Position numbers and translations under genes: made by a program. This document shows positions 17,338-27,513 of a DNA stretch of 47,834 nucleotides, in pieces; positions within the stretch are counted from its first letter, which is position 1, and each line of letters starts with the position of its first letter. Under the pieces are notes generated by a model, which saw only the letters and a list, made by a program, of their open reading frames with translations, made no database searches and was not told the DNA's origin. Source of the stretch: Promethearchaeota archaeon (lineage in GTDB: Archaea; Asgardarchaeota; Lokiarchaeia; Sigyniarchaeales; SOKP01); assembly GCA_048940925.1 (NCBI GenBank), contig JBHLOC010000035.1, positions 1,922-49,755 on the forward strand. Direction: 5' to 3'.

Positions 17338-18876
17338 TTATTCATCCTTAACAATATGCTTAGTATAGTCATAATCATAACTATACATATGAAATTTGTT
17401 AGGGCTTAATAGATAATTTGGATCAACAGCTTTTTTCATATCCCTAAAGAATTGCATGAATTCTGGTGTGTATGCATCTGCTTCCACAATAGATTGTGAG
17501 ATAGATTCTCCAAGCCAATAATGGGCACCACCATATCGGACTTGATGTCGTATTTTTTTATGCCATATGTTCATAGTTGTTTCACGGTTTTCGTCAGTAT
17601 TATCGCCACCGAGGCCACCTACAATTACGCAATTACCATTTGGTAAAAACATTAAAAATGAAGCAAAAACAGGATATGGTGGGTTTTTTGGTGGAAATTC
17701 ATCTTTATGTGTAACATTAAATTGTACTCCTTTTTTAACACTTTCATTAAGTCGTGAAATTGCAACTTTATGGCATGTTGTACATGTACTTTTAGGGGGC
17801 GCGGTCGAAATATATTTTTGGAAGAAATTGAACTCTTCTTTAAGAGTAAATTTCCAATCTTTTGAAGCTACTATGTCTAAATCAACTTCTTGCCATTCAA
17901 AAGGTCGACAAACGTCATCTTTTAACATAATATCATTAGTTTTTTCAAGATAGACATCTAGAATTCTTTGGTCTGTTGCTTCTAGTGTCACTGAAAATAC
18001 AGGTCCAGTTAATTTTGATTTTTTTTGTGGTTTATTTTCAGCTTGCATAGATAATAATGTAGCTAGTATAAGTGGTGCTACCATTAGATCATTCAATCCA
18101 TCACCAACTTCTTTTCTAAGTTTATGACCTAGTTCAAACACCTTATTATAATCATCTTTCAAGAGCATATAGTATCTTCGTGCTTTTAAAGGGGGATCAG
18201 GAAACAGTCGTAAGAAAGCTTTTGTTTTTATCCCCATAGTTCCCACATCTCCCATAAAGAGCCCTGTAAAGTCTGGAGCAATACCATATCTGCAAAAAGG
18301 TGTAGCATACTTACTCGCAGCCGCTCCAGTTTTAATAATTGTACCCTCTGGATTTGGGAGCACAACTTCTACCCCCAGACAAATATCTGGAACTAATCCA
18401 TATTTTGTAGAACTAAATCCTACTGTTGCATTTGATATACCGCCTCCAATTGTGGCGGAATAACCACTTCCAGGGCCAAGTATTCCTGTGGTCATCCCTT
18501 TTTTTTGTAATTCCGAAAGCATAGAGCCCCACGTGATTCCGCATCCAACAACACAATAATAGTCAGCTAAATTAATTTCAAATATCTGATTCATTCGGGT
18601 AAGGTCAATAAGAATTCCACTTTCAGTTACAGACCCTCCAACAAGGTCAGCACCACCGCCTCGCGGTACCATTCTAACTTTGTATTTATTCGCAATTTTT
18701 ACGATCTCAGATACCTCTTCTGTATTTTCTGGACGCACAATCATATCAGCATAGCGATCAGGAAAAGCGGGGTCTACATTTCTTGAGTATGCAGCCTTCA
18801 TGAAATCTGCATCACTTATAAAATCTTCTCCAACAATATGTTCAATTTCTTTGTAAGCTTCTTTAACTTTAGACAT
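17338..18876 (-). CDS. FAD-linked oxidoreductase (FAD_binding_4 superfamily), paralog 2
   Basis: Same motifs as paralog 1; near-identical FAD domain, divergent cap domain. Confidence 0.88.
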   Translation of the reverse strand: MSKVKEAYKEIEHIVGEDFISDADFMKAAYSRNVDPAFPDRYADMIVRPENTEEVSEIVKIANKYKVRMVPRGGGADLVGGSVTESGILIDLTRMNQIFEINLADYYCVVGCGITWGSMLSELQKKGMTTGILGPGSGYSATIGGGISNATVGFSSTKYGLVPDICLGVEVVLPNPEGTIIKTGAAASKYATPFCRYGIAPDFTGLFMGDVGTMGIKTKAFLRLFPDPPLKARRYYMLLKDDYNKVFELGHKLRKEVGDGLNDLMVAPLILATLLSMQAENKPQKKSKLTGPVFSVTLEATDQRILDVYLEKTNDIMLKDDVCRPFEWQEVDLDIVASKDWKFTLKEEFNFFQKYISTAPPKSTCTTCHKVAISRLNESVKKGVQFNVTHKDEFPPKNPPYPVFASFLMFLPNGNCVIVGGLGGDNTDENRETTMNIWHKKIRHQVRYGGAHYWLGESISQSIVEADAYTPEFMQFFRDMKKAVDPNYLLSPNKFHMYSYDYDYTKHIVKDE

Positions 18877-19059
18877 TTTTATCCCTTTAGGATTTAATAT
18901 TAAGTATTAATGTTAATAAACTTCAGTGAAGTAAATATATTTTTCCTATTTATTCGACATTTAAAAAATAAATCTATAAAAATCAAAAAAAAATAATGAA
19001 GCAATAGCTTAAAAAACAGATTAAAAAAAAATAAAAAAAGTAAATAAAATAATTAAGAT

Positions 19060-19077
19060 CTCCTAGTAAACTAGGAG
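19060..19077 (-). terminator. hairpin followed by U-tracts on the minus strand
   Basis: CTCCTAG-TAAA-CTAGGAG inverted repeat; A-runs at 19023-19049 on + become U-runs downstream on the minus strand. Confidence 0.55.
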
Positions 19078-19092
19078 TTTAGCCCAGCATTT

Positions 19093-19143
19093 CTAGAATA
19101 CTGCGGCGATTGCTATTAAGACAAGGTAAATTAGACTCCACAT
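19093..19143 (-). CDS. 16-aa hydrophobic micropeptide (MWSLIYLVLIAIAAVF)
   Basis: GGAGGTGG SD about 10 nt upstream of ATG 19143, TAG at 19093-19095, terminator hairpin 15 nt later. Confidence 0.5.
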   Translation of the reverse strand: MWSLIYLVLIAIAAVF

Positions 19144-19185
19144 AATTATCTTTCCACCTCCACTTTGTAATTTTTAATATTTTTT

Positions 19186-19374
19186 TTATTTAGATAGTAA
19201 TCCATCAAGATGCTCAATTTGCCGATTTAATTTGCTTAGCACTTGGCAAGCATCAAAATTCGCAAACACTTGAGTTATGACTTTTTTCTGAATTGCATGT
19301 GATTTTTGAGCAATTTGCTGAACAGTAAATAAATAATCGTAATATTTCATATCTGTCCTATTTTTTCTTTCCAT
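19186..19374 (-). CDS. small helical hypothetical protein (~62 aa)
   Basis: MERKNRTDMKYYDYLF...LSKLNRQIEHLDGLLSK, amphipathic; TATA-like TATATAT at ~19432-19438. Confidence 0.5.
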   Translation of the reverse strand: MERKNRTDMKYYDYLFTVQQIAQKSHAIQKKVITQVFANFDACQVLSKLNRQIEHLDGLLSK

Positions 19375-19609
19375 TTTTTTTATCACTCTTTTTTTTTGGT
19401 TTGTTTTTAATTTTAATATACCCACAATTCCATATATAGTTTTAACTATCGAATTCTATAAAAACTTCGAATTAATCAAAAAGTCTTAGAATTAATAAAA
19501 TACATGATAATTTAAATTGAAATGCTCAGGAAAATATGATTTAACCTAAAGTAAAGGCAAGATAAGAAAAGAATAAGAAAAGGATAGAATTAGAACTTTT
19601 TTTCAATTA

Positions 19610-20626
19610 TTATTCTTGCATTTCAAGTTCATCAGAACCTTCTTTGAACCAAGTTACAGGTCTATATTCACGAGGAACTATTCCTTCTTGTTTAAATTTT
19701 GGATAACCAAGGCATAATGATGTAACACAAGTCCAAGGATATTTTATACCCAATTTCCTTTTTAAAGGAGGATGATAATTTGCTCCAATTGCAAAGAAAC
19801 CAGACCAACAAGCTTTAATTCCTAATGAATTAGCGACTAAATTCATATTTTCACCACATATTCCAACATTTAGTTGTGGACTAATAATTGCTCGCTCATC
19901 GGCACATAGAAGAATTATGGCGGGAGCATTTAAACTAGGAAGAACTTCTTCATTTTTAGTTACTGATCCCATCCCTCCAAGAATGACTCTTGGATCACCT
20001 GCACCTGGATTTAATGGAGGTCCTTCAATAATTGGAACTAAATTCTGTACAGCTTTATCAATTATATATGCATTATACATAAACTTAATTAGATTCATTG
20101 ATACTTGGTCTATTTCTTTTATTAAAGCTTTATTTGTAATTACTATAAACTTCCATGGCTGACAATTCCCTGCACTTGGAGCAAATCTTCCTGCTTCGAG
20201 AACTCTTTGAATAATAGGCACTGGCACTGGTTTATCCTTGAAATTTCTTACACTGCGTCGATTAAAAATTATCTTTTCAATTTCATTCCATTCTGTTGGT
20301 TTACCTTCGGCATCTTTAGGCTCAAGCGGCATTTTAGCAGGTAGAGGATGGGGGTAAGTTTTCCAATACCCATCGTCTACATGGTAGGGATCAACAATTG
20401 ATATTGCATCATTAGGACATGCAACCATACAATTATAGCAACTAAAACACTCATAAATCTCTTTGAGAATGGGATATCCTTCGTTATTCTTTTCCCAAGC
20501 CCTGAATGGACAATTCTGAATACATAATCCGCACTTATCACATTTTGATTCATCAACCTTCATTATACCCATATGAACAAGACCTTCTTCAGGTCTTAGT
20601 ATATCTTTTACATCTTCCCATGGCAT
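19610..20626 (-). CDS. nitroreductase family protein with N-terminal 2x[4Fe-4S] ferredoxin domain
   Basis: CDKCGLCIQNCP, CFSCYNCMVACP; RRSVRNF, APSAGNCQPWKF, LGYP. Confidence 0.92.
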   Translation of the reverse strand: MPWEDVKDILRPEEGLVHMGIMKVDESKCDKCGLCIQNCPFRAWEKNNEGYPILKEIYECFSCYNCMVACPNDAISIVDPYHVDDGYWKTYPHPLPAKMPLEPKDAEGKPTEWNEIEKIIFNRRSVRNFKDKPVPVPIIQRVLEAGRFAPSAGNCQPWKFIVITNKALIKEIDQVSMNLIKFMYNAYIIDKAVQNLVPIIEGPPLNPGAGDPRVILGGMGSVTKNEEVLPSLNAPAIILLCADERAIISPQLNVGICGENMNLVANSLGIKACWSGFFAIGANYHPPLKRKLGIKYPWTCVTSLCLGYPKFKQEGIVPREYRPVTWFKEGSDELEMQE

Positions 20627-20801
20627 AATTTATTCACGATTTTTAATTTTTTTCAAAAACTTTTCATTATTTAAGATATCAGTAATAAATCGACAATTAA
20701 TTAAACTTTTTACCATTCTATCGAAATATTGAAAATGTATGAGCTAAAAACATGTCAGAGGATCAAATGAATGTTCATCTGCAATGATATAAACTCAATC
20801 A

Positions 20802-21044
20802 GATATTAACCCAATAACCACCTTTACTGAAATTGTAAAACAGAAGACTGAAAATGTTGGAGAAAAGGTCTTTTTAACCTTTATTAGGGATTTTGATAAG
20901 GCAAGAGATGAAAAATACACTTATCGAGATTTACATATTCAATCATCGGAAAAAAGATTCAATTAGGTGAAGTGGAGAAAATATAGCTGCTTGGAGCCAG
21001 AACAAGTAATAAACTGACATGAAAAAGTGTTAGGGTCAGCAGCT
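20802..21044 (+). pseudogene. internally deleted relic of an acyl-CoA ligase paralogous to 21155..22819
   Basis: DINPITTFTEIVKQKTENVGEKVFLTFIRDFDKARDEKYTYRDLHIQS joined out of frame to RKKDSIR*SGENIAAWS and then QVIN*HEKVLGSAA. Confidence 0.8.
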
Positions 21045-21154
21045 ATAAGTTAAAAAGATAAATTTTTATTCTTTCCTTATTTATTATTTTTTTATTTAGG
21101 ATTAATATATTAAATCTTAAAAAGAAGAAATTAAAATTTTAAGATGAGTGAAAG

Positions 21155-22819
21155 TTGTCTGGATTTAAAATAACCCCCACAACCACATTTAACGATGCAG
21201 TGAAAAGTAAGGCTGAAACTGTAGGTAACAAGGTTTTTTTAACGTACATAAAAGATTTTGACAAGAATATTGATGAGAAATATACTTATAGAGATATGCA
21301 TTTATATTCAAACCAGCTGGCAAATGGTTTATCAAAATATGGGTTGAAAGTAGGTACAGGTCTTTCTTTGATGGAAATTAATTCTCCTGAATATTTATTC
21401 ACCTTATTTGCAACGTGGAAACTTGGAGGCTATGCAGTGTTAATAAATACTGCATTAAGGGGAGCTACTTTACATTATGTTATTGATCATAGTGATAGTG
21501 AAATTTTAGTGATTCATTGGAGTATGATAGATGCATATTTAGATATTAAAGATCAATTACCCAAAATTAAACATATTATTATAGATATCAATGGATCACC
21601 AGCAAATTTTGAAGTACCGAATGGTATGGTGTCACTTCAAGAAGTAATGGAATCACCTGATGTTGACATTAAAACTGAAGTTGATCTTGATAGAAAATGT
21701 ATGCTTATGTATACATCTGGTACGAGTGGTCCACCAAAAGCTACCACTTTTTTTTATAATAAATATAATGCAGGGACAGCGCTAGGGACCTTTTCGGGGC
21801 TATTTATGTTAGTGGGTGGTACAACAAATGATATTATATTCACGTGTTTACCTTTATTTCATGGAAATGCTCTTACAATTTCAACTCTTCCCTGTTTTTT
21901 TTCTGAAATTCCACTAATCTTAGCTAAAAGGTTTAGTGCAAGCCGACATTGGGATATTTGTAGAAAATATAATGTAACTATTTTTAATTTACTTGGAACT
22001 ATGCCACAATTCCTATTAAAACAGCCTGAGCGCTTTAATGATGGAGAAAATCAAGTTCGTATGGTTATTTCTGCTGCATGTCCAAAAGAATTAGTAATAC
22101 CCTTTGAAAAAAGGTTTAATGTGAAAATCAAAGAATTTTATGGTGCTGTTGACGGAGGTGGATACTTATTAGGTCCCTTCATGCAAAAAAATGTTCCAGT
22201 AGGAACAATGGGAAAACCTATACTAGGTTCAACAGCAGAAATTATGGATGAACAAGGTAATTTATTATGTCCTGATGAACCAGGAGAACTAGTATTTTTG
22301 GTAAAGAAAGGAGAGCTTGAACAAAGGAAAGTGTATTATTACAAAGATCAAAAATCTTCAAAAGAAAAAATTCGAGAAGGAAAAGATGGAAATTTATGGT
22401 TTCATACTGGAGATTTAGCAACAAAGGATTCAGATGGTTGGTTTTACTTTGTAGATAGAAAAAAGGATTCTATAAGACGAAGAGGAGAAAATATATCACC
22501 TTGGAGCATTGAAAGGACAATAAATCAACATGAAAAAGTCCTGGAGTCAGCTGCGTACGCAGTGAAATCTACTGACTACGCTGAAGATGAGGTAATGGTT
22601 TCAGTTGTCTTAAAACCAGGAGAACCAATGAGTCCGGAGCAATTACTAGATTATTGTCAGGGTAAAATGGCATACTTTATGATTCCTCGTTTTATCAATT
22701 TTGTTGATGAGCTCCCTAAGAATGAAGTTCATAGAACGTTAAAAGAAATTCTTAAAGAGAAAGGAGTAACAGAAACAACTTATGACAGAGAAAAAGGTGG
22801 TTATGAAGTAAAAAGATAA
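21155..22819 (+). CDS. acyl-CoA synthetase (CaiC/crotonobetaine-CoA ligase-like AMP-binding enzyme)
   Basis: YTSGTSGPPK, LPLFHGNA, FHTGDLA, VDRKKDSIRRRGENIS. Confidence 0.9.
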   Translation: MSGFKITPTTTFNDAVKSKAETVGNKVFLTYIKDFDKNIDEKYTYRDMHLYSNQLANGLSKYGLKVGTGLSLMEINSPEYLFTLFATWKLGGYAVLINTALRGATLHYVIDHSDSEILVIHWSMIDAYLDIKDQLPKIKHIIIDINGSPANFEVPNGMVSLQEVMESPDVDIKTEVDLDRKCMLMYTSGTSGPPKATTFFYNKYNAGTALGTFSGLFMLVGGTTNDIIFTCLPLFHGNALTISTLPCFFSEIPLILAKRFSASRHWDICRKYNVTIFNLLGTMPQFLLKQPERFNDGENQVRMVISAACPKELVIPFEKRFNVKIKEFYGAVDGGGYLLGPFMQKNVPVGTMGKPILGSTAEIMDEQGNLLCPDEPGELVFLVKKGELEQRKVYYYKDQKSSKEKIREGKDGNLWFHTGDLATKDSDGWFYFVDRKKDSIRRRGENISPWSIERTINQHEKVLESAAYAVKSTDYAEDEVMVSVVLKPGEPMSPEQLLDYCQGKMAYFMIPRFINFVDELPKNEVHRTLKEILKEKGVTETTYDREKGGYEVKR

Positions 22820-22889
22820 TTTCAATTATAAAATCCTATTCTTTATTTAAATGGAATGAAAATTTGGAAATTATAAAAATGTATACTTA

Positions 22890-23132
22890 TTAGTCCTTAT
22901 TTTCCCATAACTTACGCAATTCTGCTTCAAAATGTGCTATAAAAAAATCAGGGTCTGCACTATCAAATACTATGACTCGAATATTATCATTTCTTATAAC
23001 TTTTCTCGCAAGAGAAATAAATTCTGCGATTAGAGCCATATTTAAAAGGTTCATTGGTGGATTATTAATTGTGACAAATGCTATTCCTCTATCTATCTTC
23101 ACTTTTAACATTTTATAACGATCATATTTCAT
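22890..23132 (-). pseudogene. truncated enoyl-CoA hydratase/isomerase
   Basis: GIAFVTINNPPMNLL...IRVIVFDSADPDFFIAHF is a crotonase N-terminus; it ends after 80 aa, before the catalytic region. Confidence 0.75.
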
Positions 23133-23298
23133 TCTTTCCCCATATTAAACCCATATAACTTTTAGTTTTTTGTTGTGGTTTAAAATTTATTATGTTATAC
23201 ATTTCATATTCTAAAATAAGACAATATTGAAATAACAAAATAAAAAATATCTCAATAATTTTAGTTTTATAAGATTCATAGTTAACTTAGCATAAATT

Positions 23299-24345
23299 TT
23301 GTTTACGTATAATATAAAATTTGAAACAAGGAAAATTGATGGCGTTTATCAGTTTAAAATCAATTTTCCCTCCTTTGAAGGACTCCAATTTGTAAGCATG
23401 TATCTATTAAGAATTGATGGAAGTCATGTTCTTATAGATGCAGGTTTAAGTTTTCCTGATTGTGAACAGCTATTCTTTACAGAACTTGCTAAATTAAAAA
23501 TTTCACCTAAAGATTTACAATATTTAATTATAACACATGAGCATCCAGATCATATTGGTTTAGCAAAAGCTATCAAACTTAAAAATCCAGATATTCTAAT
23601 ACTAACCCATGAAATAACTAAAAAACTAATGAAATCGATGATGAATACAGATAATCTTGTCCAAATTCAGAAATCAACTGAATTATCATCTTCAGATCTT
23701 ATACGATATGGAGTAAATAAGAAAAAAGTAAAGAAAGTCCTCCAATATATGAATATGTTTAGTAGTTTTACCGAATATTATGAACCAGATCGCATTTTAC
23801 AAGATAACGATGAGATTGTAGTCGACTCAGACAAATTAAAGATTATTTGGACTCCCGGACATAGCATTGGTCATATATGTGTTTTTGATGAAATGAAAAA
23901 GTTTTTATTCTCAGGGGATCATATTCTTTCCAGAATAACTCCTCATATTGGAGCTTTTCTTTCAAATCCTATAACTGATAAGGAGTACGAGTTCACAAAT
24001 ATATTAGATTTGTATTTAAGGTCATTAGACAGAATTGATCAGTTGAATCCAAAAATAATTTTTCCTGCTCACCAAGAAATAATATATAATCCACATGAAA
24101 GAATTTTAGCCATTAAAAAACATCACGCGAACAGATTAAGTGAAATTGCTAAAACTATAGAAAATGAGCCAAAGACTCCCTTTAAAATTTCTCAACTCCA
24201 TTTCGGAGAGAATTTAAGCGAAATTAATACATTTCTTGCACTTAGTGAAGTTTTAAGCCATCTAATCTATTTAGAACATCAAAACAAAGTGGAAAGAATA
24301 GAAAAAAATGAGAAAATATATTTTAAAATAAAAAGAAATTCTTAA
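23299..24345 (+). CDS. metallo-beta-lactamase-fold hydrolase with C-terminal winged helix
   Basis: LIDAG, THEHPDHIG, TPGHS.GH, FSGDHIL, PAH, EVLSHL.YL. Confidence 0.88.
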   Translation: MFTYNIKFETRKIDGVYQFKINFPSFEGLQFVSMYLLRIDGSHVLIDAGLSFPDCEQLFFTELAKLKISPKDLQYLIITHEHPDHIGLAKAIKLKNPDILILTHEITKKLMKSMMNTDNLVQIQKSTELSSSDLIRYGVNKKKVKKVLQYMNMFSSFTEYYEPDRILQDNDEIVVDSDKLKIIWTPGHSIGHICVFDEMKKFLFSGDHILSRITPHIGAFLSNPITDKEYEFTNILDLYLRSLDRIDQLNPKIIFPAHQEIIYNPHERILAIKKHHANRLSEIAKTIENEPKTPFKISQLHFGENLSEINTFLALSEVLSHLIYLEHQNKVERIEKNEKIYFKIKRNS

Positions 24346-25191
24346 TTATATTTCAAAGGCCTTCAAAATACCTTCTAATCTCTCTTTTACCAATTCTTTA
24401 ATTATTGGGTCCTTATGCGTAAAAATGTAGAAATCTTCATTTCTAATTGCTTGAATTACAATATCTGCCACATTTTCAGGTGTCATTGGAGGTGACTCTT
24501 CCATCAATTGCCTAAAAAATACCAGTCGTTCTTCATCCATCGTATTAAATATTTCATTAACATTATCCATATATTCTGATAAACGATCCATCGCAGAAAT
24601 AAAAATATTGGTACTTACCAAGCCTGGACAAAGGACTGAAACCTTTATTTTTGGTCCATGTTCTTCTAACTCAAGAGCTAATCTTTCAGAAAGATGTACA
24701 AGTGCATGTTTACATACCCCATAAGTAGCACCTCCTAGACCTTGAGAAATTATACCCTCTATTGATGCGGTATTAACAATATGACATTCATTGTCTTGTT
24801 TTATCATAATAGGTACGAAAGTTCGAATTCCATATATTACACTCCATAAATTTACCCCTAAAACTCTTTCCCAGTCTTTTAATTCATATTCCCACACAAG
24901 TCTAGGTATAGCAATCCCCGCATTGTTAAAGAGTAAATGTACTTCTCCAAAAATATCAATAGTTTTTTTTGCTAATTGCTCTACATCACTGGCTTTTGAA
25001 ACATCTGTTAGAACTGAAAGTACTTGTGTACCTGCCCGGGATAAAGTTCTTTCTGTTCTCCCTAATCGTTTTTCGTCGATATCAGATATAACTACTTTCA
25101 TCCTTTCTTTACTACATCGATAAGCAATTCCTTGTCCAATACCACTAGCCGCACCAGTGATAACTGCTACTTTATCTTTAAATTCTTTCAA
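24346..25191 (-). CDS. short-chain dehydrogenase/reductase
   Basis: TGAASGIG, NNAGI, NTAS, YGVCK (YxxxK). Confidence 0.92.
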   Translation of the reverse strand: MKEFKDKVAVITGAASGIGQGIAYRCSKERMKVVISDIDEKRLGRTERTLSRAGTQVLSVLTDVSKASDVEQLAKKTIDIFGEVHLLFNNAGIAIPRLVWEYELKDWERVLGVNLWSVIYGIRTFVPIMIKQDNECHIVNTASIEGIISQGLGGATYGVCKHALVHLSERLALELEEHGPKIKVSVLCPGLVSTNIFISAMDRLSEYMDNVNEIFNTMDEERLVFFRQLMEESPPMTPENVADIVIQAIRNEDFYIFTHKDPIIKELVKERLEGILKAFEI

Positions 25192-25203
25192 AACACTAAC
25201 TCC

Positions 25204-25407
25204 TCATTTCGGTTTATTATAATCATCAATATTAATATCTGTTTTGTGATATATGACTCTCATGTTTTTTACACGTTCAACATGAACCATTATGAGAGCA
25301 ATCTCAAATTCTTTTGGTTTACCTTTTAAAGCCAATATCTTAAAATAATCCATATTATCACAAATATATAGTTTATTCTCTTTGATTTCTTTTACATACA
25401 TTTTCAC
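25204..25407 (-). CDS. small hypothetical protein or gene remnant
   Basis: 67-aa ORF immediately upstream of the SDR; weak similarity to an SDR C-terminal helix-strand. Confidence 0.3.
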   Translation of the reverse strand: MKMYVKEIKENKLYICDNMDYFKILALKGKPKEFEIALIMVHVERVKNMRVIYHKTDINIDDYNKPK

Positions 25408-25634
25408 AAAATCATCAAGTGAAGACCACTCTTAGATTAATACTATTATATGAATAAAGTATTCAAGCATTAAAACTTTAAAAACATTCAATGATGATAT
25501 AATAAATCCATTTGAAAACACTTTTATATATTTAAATTGAATTCTATATTACTGAATTTAAATATATCATTAATTCAGATATAGTCCATTTATAAAGTTT
25601 TGAATATAAAGCAAAATATAAAAAGGTATTTAAA

Positions 25635-27332
25635 ATGAAAGACTATTCAGATTGGGAACCTATATTAGATTTTGAAAATGAATCTCCTTATATTGAGAAT
25701 CCTGATCGTCCATGGTTAAAGCATAGAGCAGAAAACGTTCCTAAATCAGTAAAATTTGACCCTATACCTGTTCATGAATTTATAAGAAAAGGATGTCAAG
25801 ATTACTTAAATAATGTATGCATTTATTACAAACCAACAGACAAGAAATATACTTACCGAGAATTACTTAACACCGCAGATAGAATAGCAAATGCGTTACA
25901 TGAAGCTGGCGTAAAAAAAGGTGATGGTGTGGGAGTCATGGCTAGCAATTGTCCTGAATTTTTGTTTTGTCTTCTAGGGATCATGGAGACAGGGGCTTCT
26001 GTTGTGCCTATCAATGCAATGCTTAAAGAAGGAGACGTGACTCATATTATTACAGATGCAGGAATTATTGATACCGTATTTATTCATAAAAACCAGTATA
26101 GAGTAATAAAAAGAGTCATGAAAAAAGTCGAATTAAAAAATGTAATTTTGCTTGCTGCTGACGAAGCAAAAGAAGGAACAATTACGTTAGAGGAGTTTAT
26201 TAAAGGAAAAGCACCAAAACTTCCTGATGTGGAAATCAATCCTTTAGAAGATGTTGCGGCATTATTATATACTGGAGGTACAACTGGTTTGCCAAAAGGG
26301 GTCATGTTAACTCACAATAATTTAGTAGCTGATGTGCTCTGTACTATGTATATGGCAGGAGAACCTGATGAAGATGAACCAAGTTTGTTTGGAACTATGG
26401 TGAATTTAAACATCCTACCTTTATGCCATTCTTTTGGATTTACAGTTGTTATAATATTAATGCACGTTGCTGCGATGTTAGTTATGTTTGCACAGTTTAA
26501 TCCAGAGGAAATTTTAGAAGCTATTGAGTATTATAAAGTTCAGGGTTTTGTGGGAGTTCCAGTCATGTTTCAAATGATTGTAAATTCTCCAGATTTTACA
26601 AAGAGAGATTTATCTAGCCTTGAAAGTGCAGGTTCAGGTTCTGCAGCTCTCCCTCTAGAAGTATCTAGGAAATGGGAAGAAGTGACTGGCATAAAGCCTG
26701 GTCAAGGTTATGGACTTACTGAAACCTCGCCAATAACACATACAGCTGCCGAGTGGTTACCTGAAACTATATCAGAAAGCATTGGAGTGCCGATCATAGA
26801 TACTGATGCTAAAATAGTAAAACCAGATACTTTAGAAGAACTTCCACCTAATGAAGTGGGAGAATTGCTAATTAAAGGACCCCAGATAATGAAAGGTTAT
26901 TGGAAAAATCCAGAAGAGACCGCAAAGACAATATTGGAAGGAGGATGGCTTAGAACAGGAGATTTAGCTCGAATGGATGAACGAGGATATTTCTATATTG
27001 AAGGACGTACCAAGGATATAATAAAATACAAAGGATACAAAGTAATGCCAAAAGAAGTAGAAGAAAAATTATATCAACATCCAGCGATCTTAGAGGCAGG
27101 TGTGGTATCTGCTCCCGATCCAAACATAGGAGAGACCATTAAGGCTTACATTGCACTTAAACCTGAGTTTAAAGGTAAAGTTACTGAGCAAGAAATAATT
27201 GAATGGGCAAAAGAAAGAATGGCTGGTTATAAATATCCACGCCAAGTGGAGTTCGTAAATGTGTTACCACGCACCGCAGTTGGCAAAATATTCAGAAGAA
27301 AATTAAGAGAAAGAGACTCTACTGAATCTTAA
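25635..27332 (+). CDS. fadD: long-chain fatty-acid--CoA ligase
   Basis: YTGGTTGLPKGVMLTH, GYGLTETSP, GWLRTGDLA, LPRTAVGKI. Confidence 0.9.
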   Translation: MKDYSDWEPILDFENESPYIENPDRPWLKHRAENVPKSVKFDPIPVHEFIRKGCQDYLNNVCIYYKPTDKKYTYRELLNTADRIANALHEAGVKKGDGVGVMASNCPEFLFCLLGIMETGASVVPINAMLKEGDVTHIITDAGIIDTVFIHKNQYRVIKRVMKKVELKNVILLAADEAKEGTITLEEFIKGKAPKLPDVEINPLEDVAALLYTGGTTGLPKGVMLTHNNLVADVLCTMYMAGEPDEDEPSLFGTMVNLNILPLCHSFGFTVVIILMHVAAMLVMFAQFNPEEILEAIEYYKVQGFVGVPVMFQMIVNSPDFTKRDLSSLESAGSGSAALPLEVSRKWEEVTGIKPGQGYGLTETSPITHTAAEWLPETISESIGVPIIDTDAKIVKPDTLEELPPNEVGELLIKGPQIMKGYWKNPEETAKTILEGGWLRTGDLARMDERGYFYIEGRTKDIIKYKGYKVMPKEVEEKLYQHPAILEAGVVSAPDPNIGETIKAYIALKPEFKGKVTEQEIIEWAKERMAGYKYPRQVEFVNVLPRTAVGKIFRRKLRERDSTES

Positions 27333-27513
27333 AATCTAAAATTTATTTATTTATTTTCTTTCTTTTTAATTATTTTTTTTCTTTAATTTATTTTTCAAAA
27401 TAAAGGTTGAAATTTGATTTCATTCAAAAATTGACAAAAGAGATTAAATAAATAAATATTGGAAAAAGGTTCTATATAAATTTTTTATTTCCTTATTTTA
27501 TTATGATTAAACT

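Noticed and set aside
19060-19095. Hairpin after a TAG as a possible SECIS/PYLIS recoding element
   Set aside because: Only a 7-8 bp stem, no kink-turn motif, and readthrough meets another TAG 10 codons later
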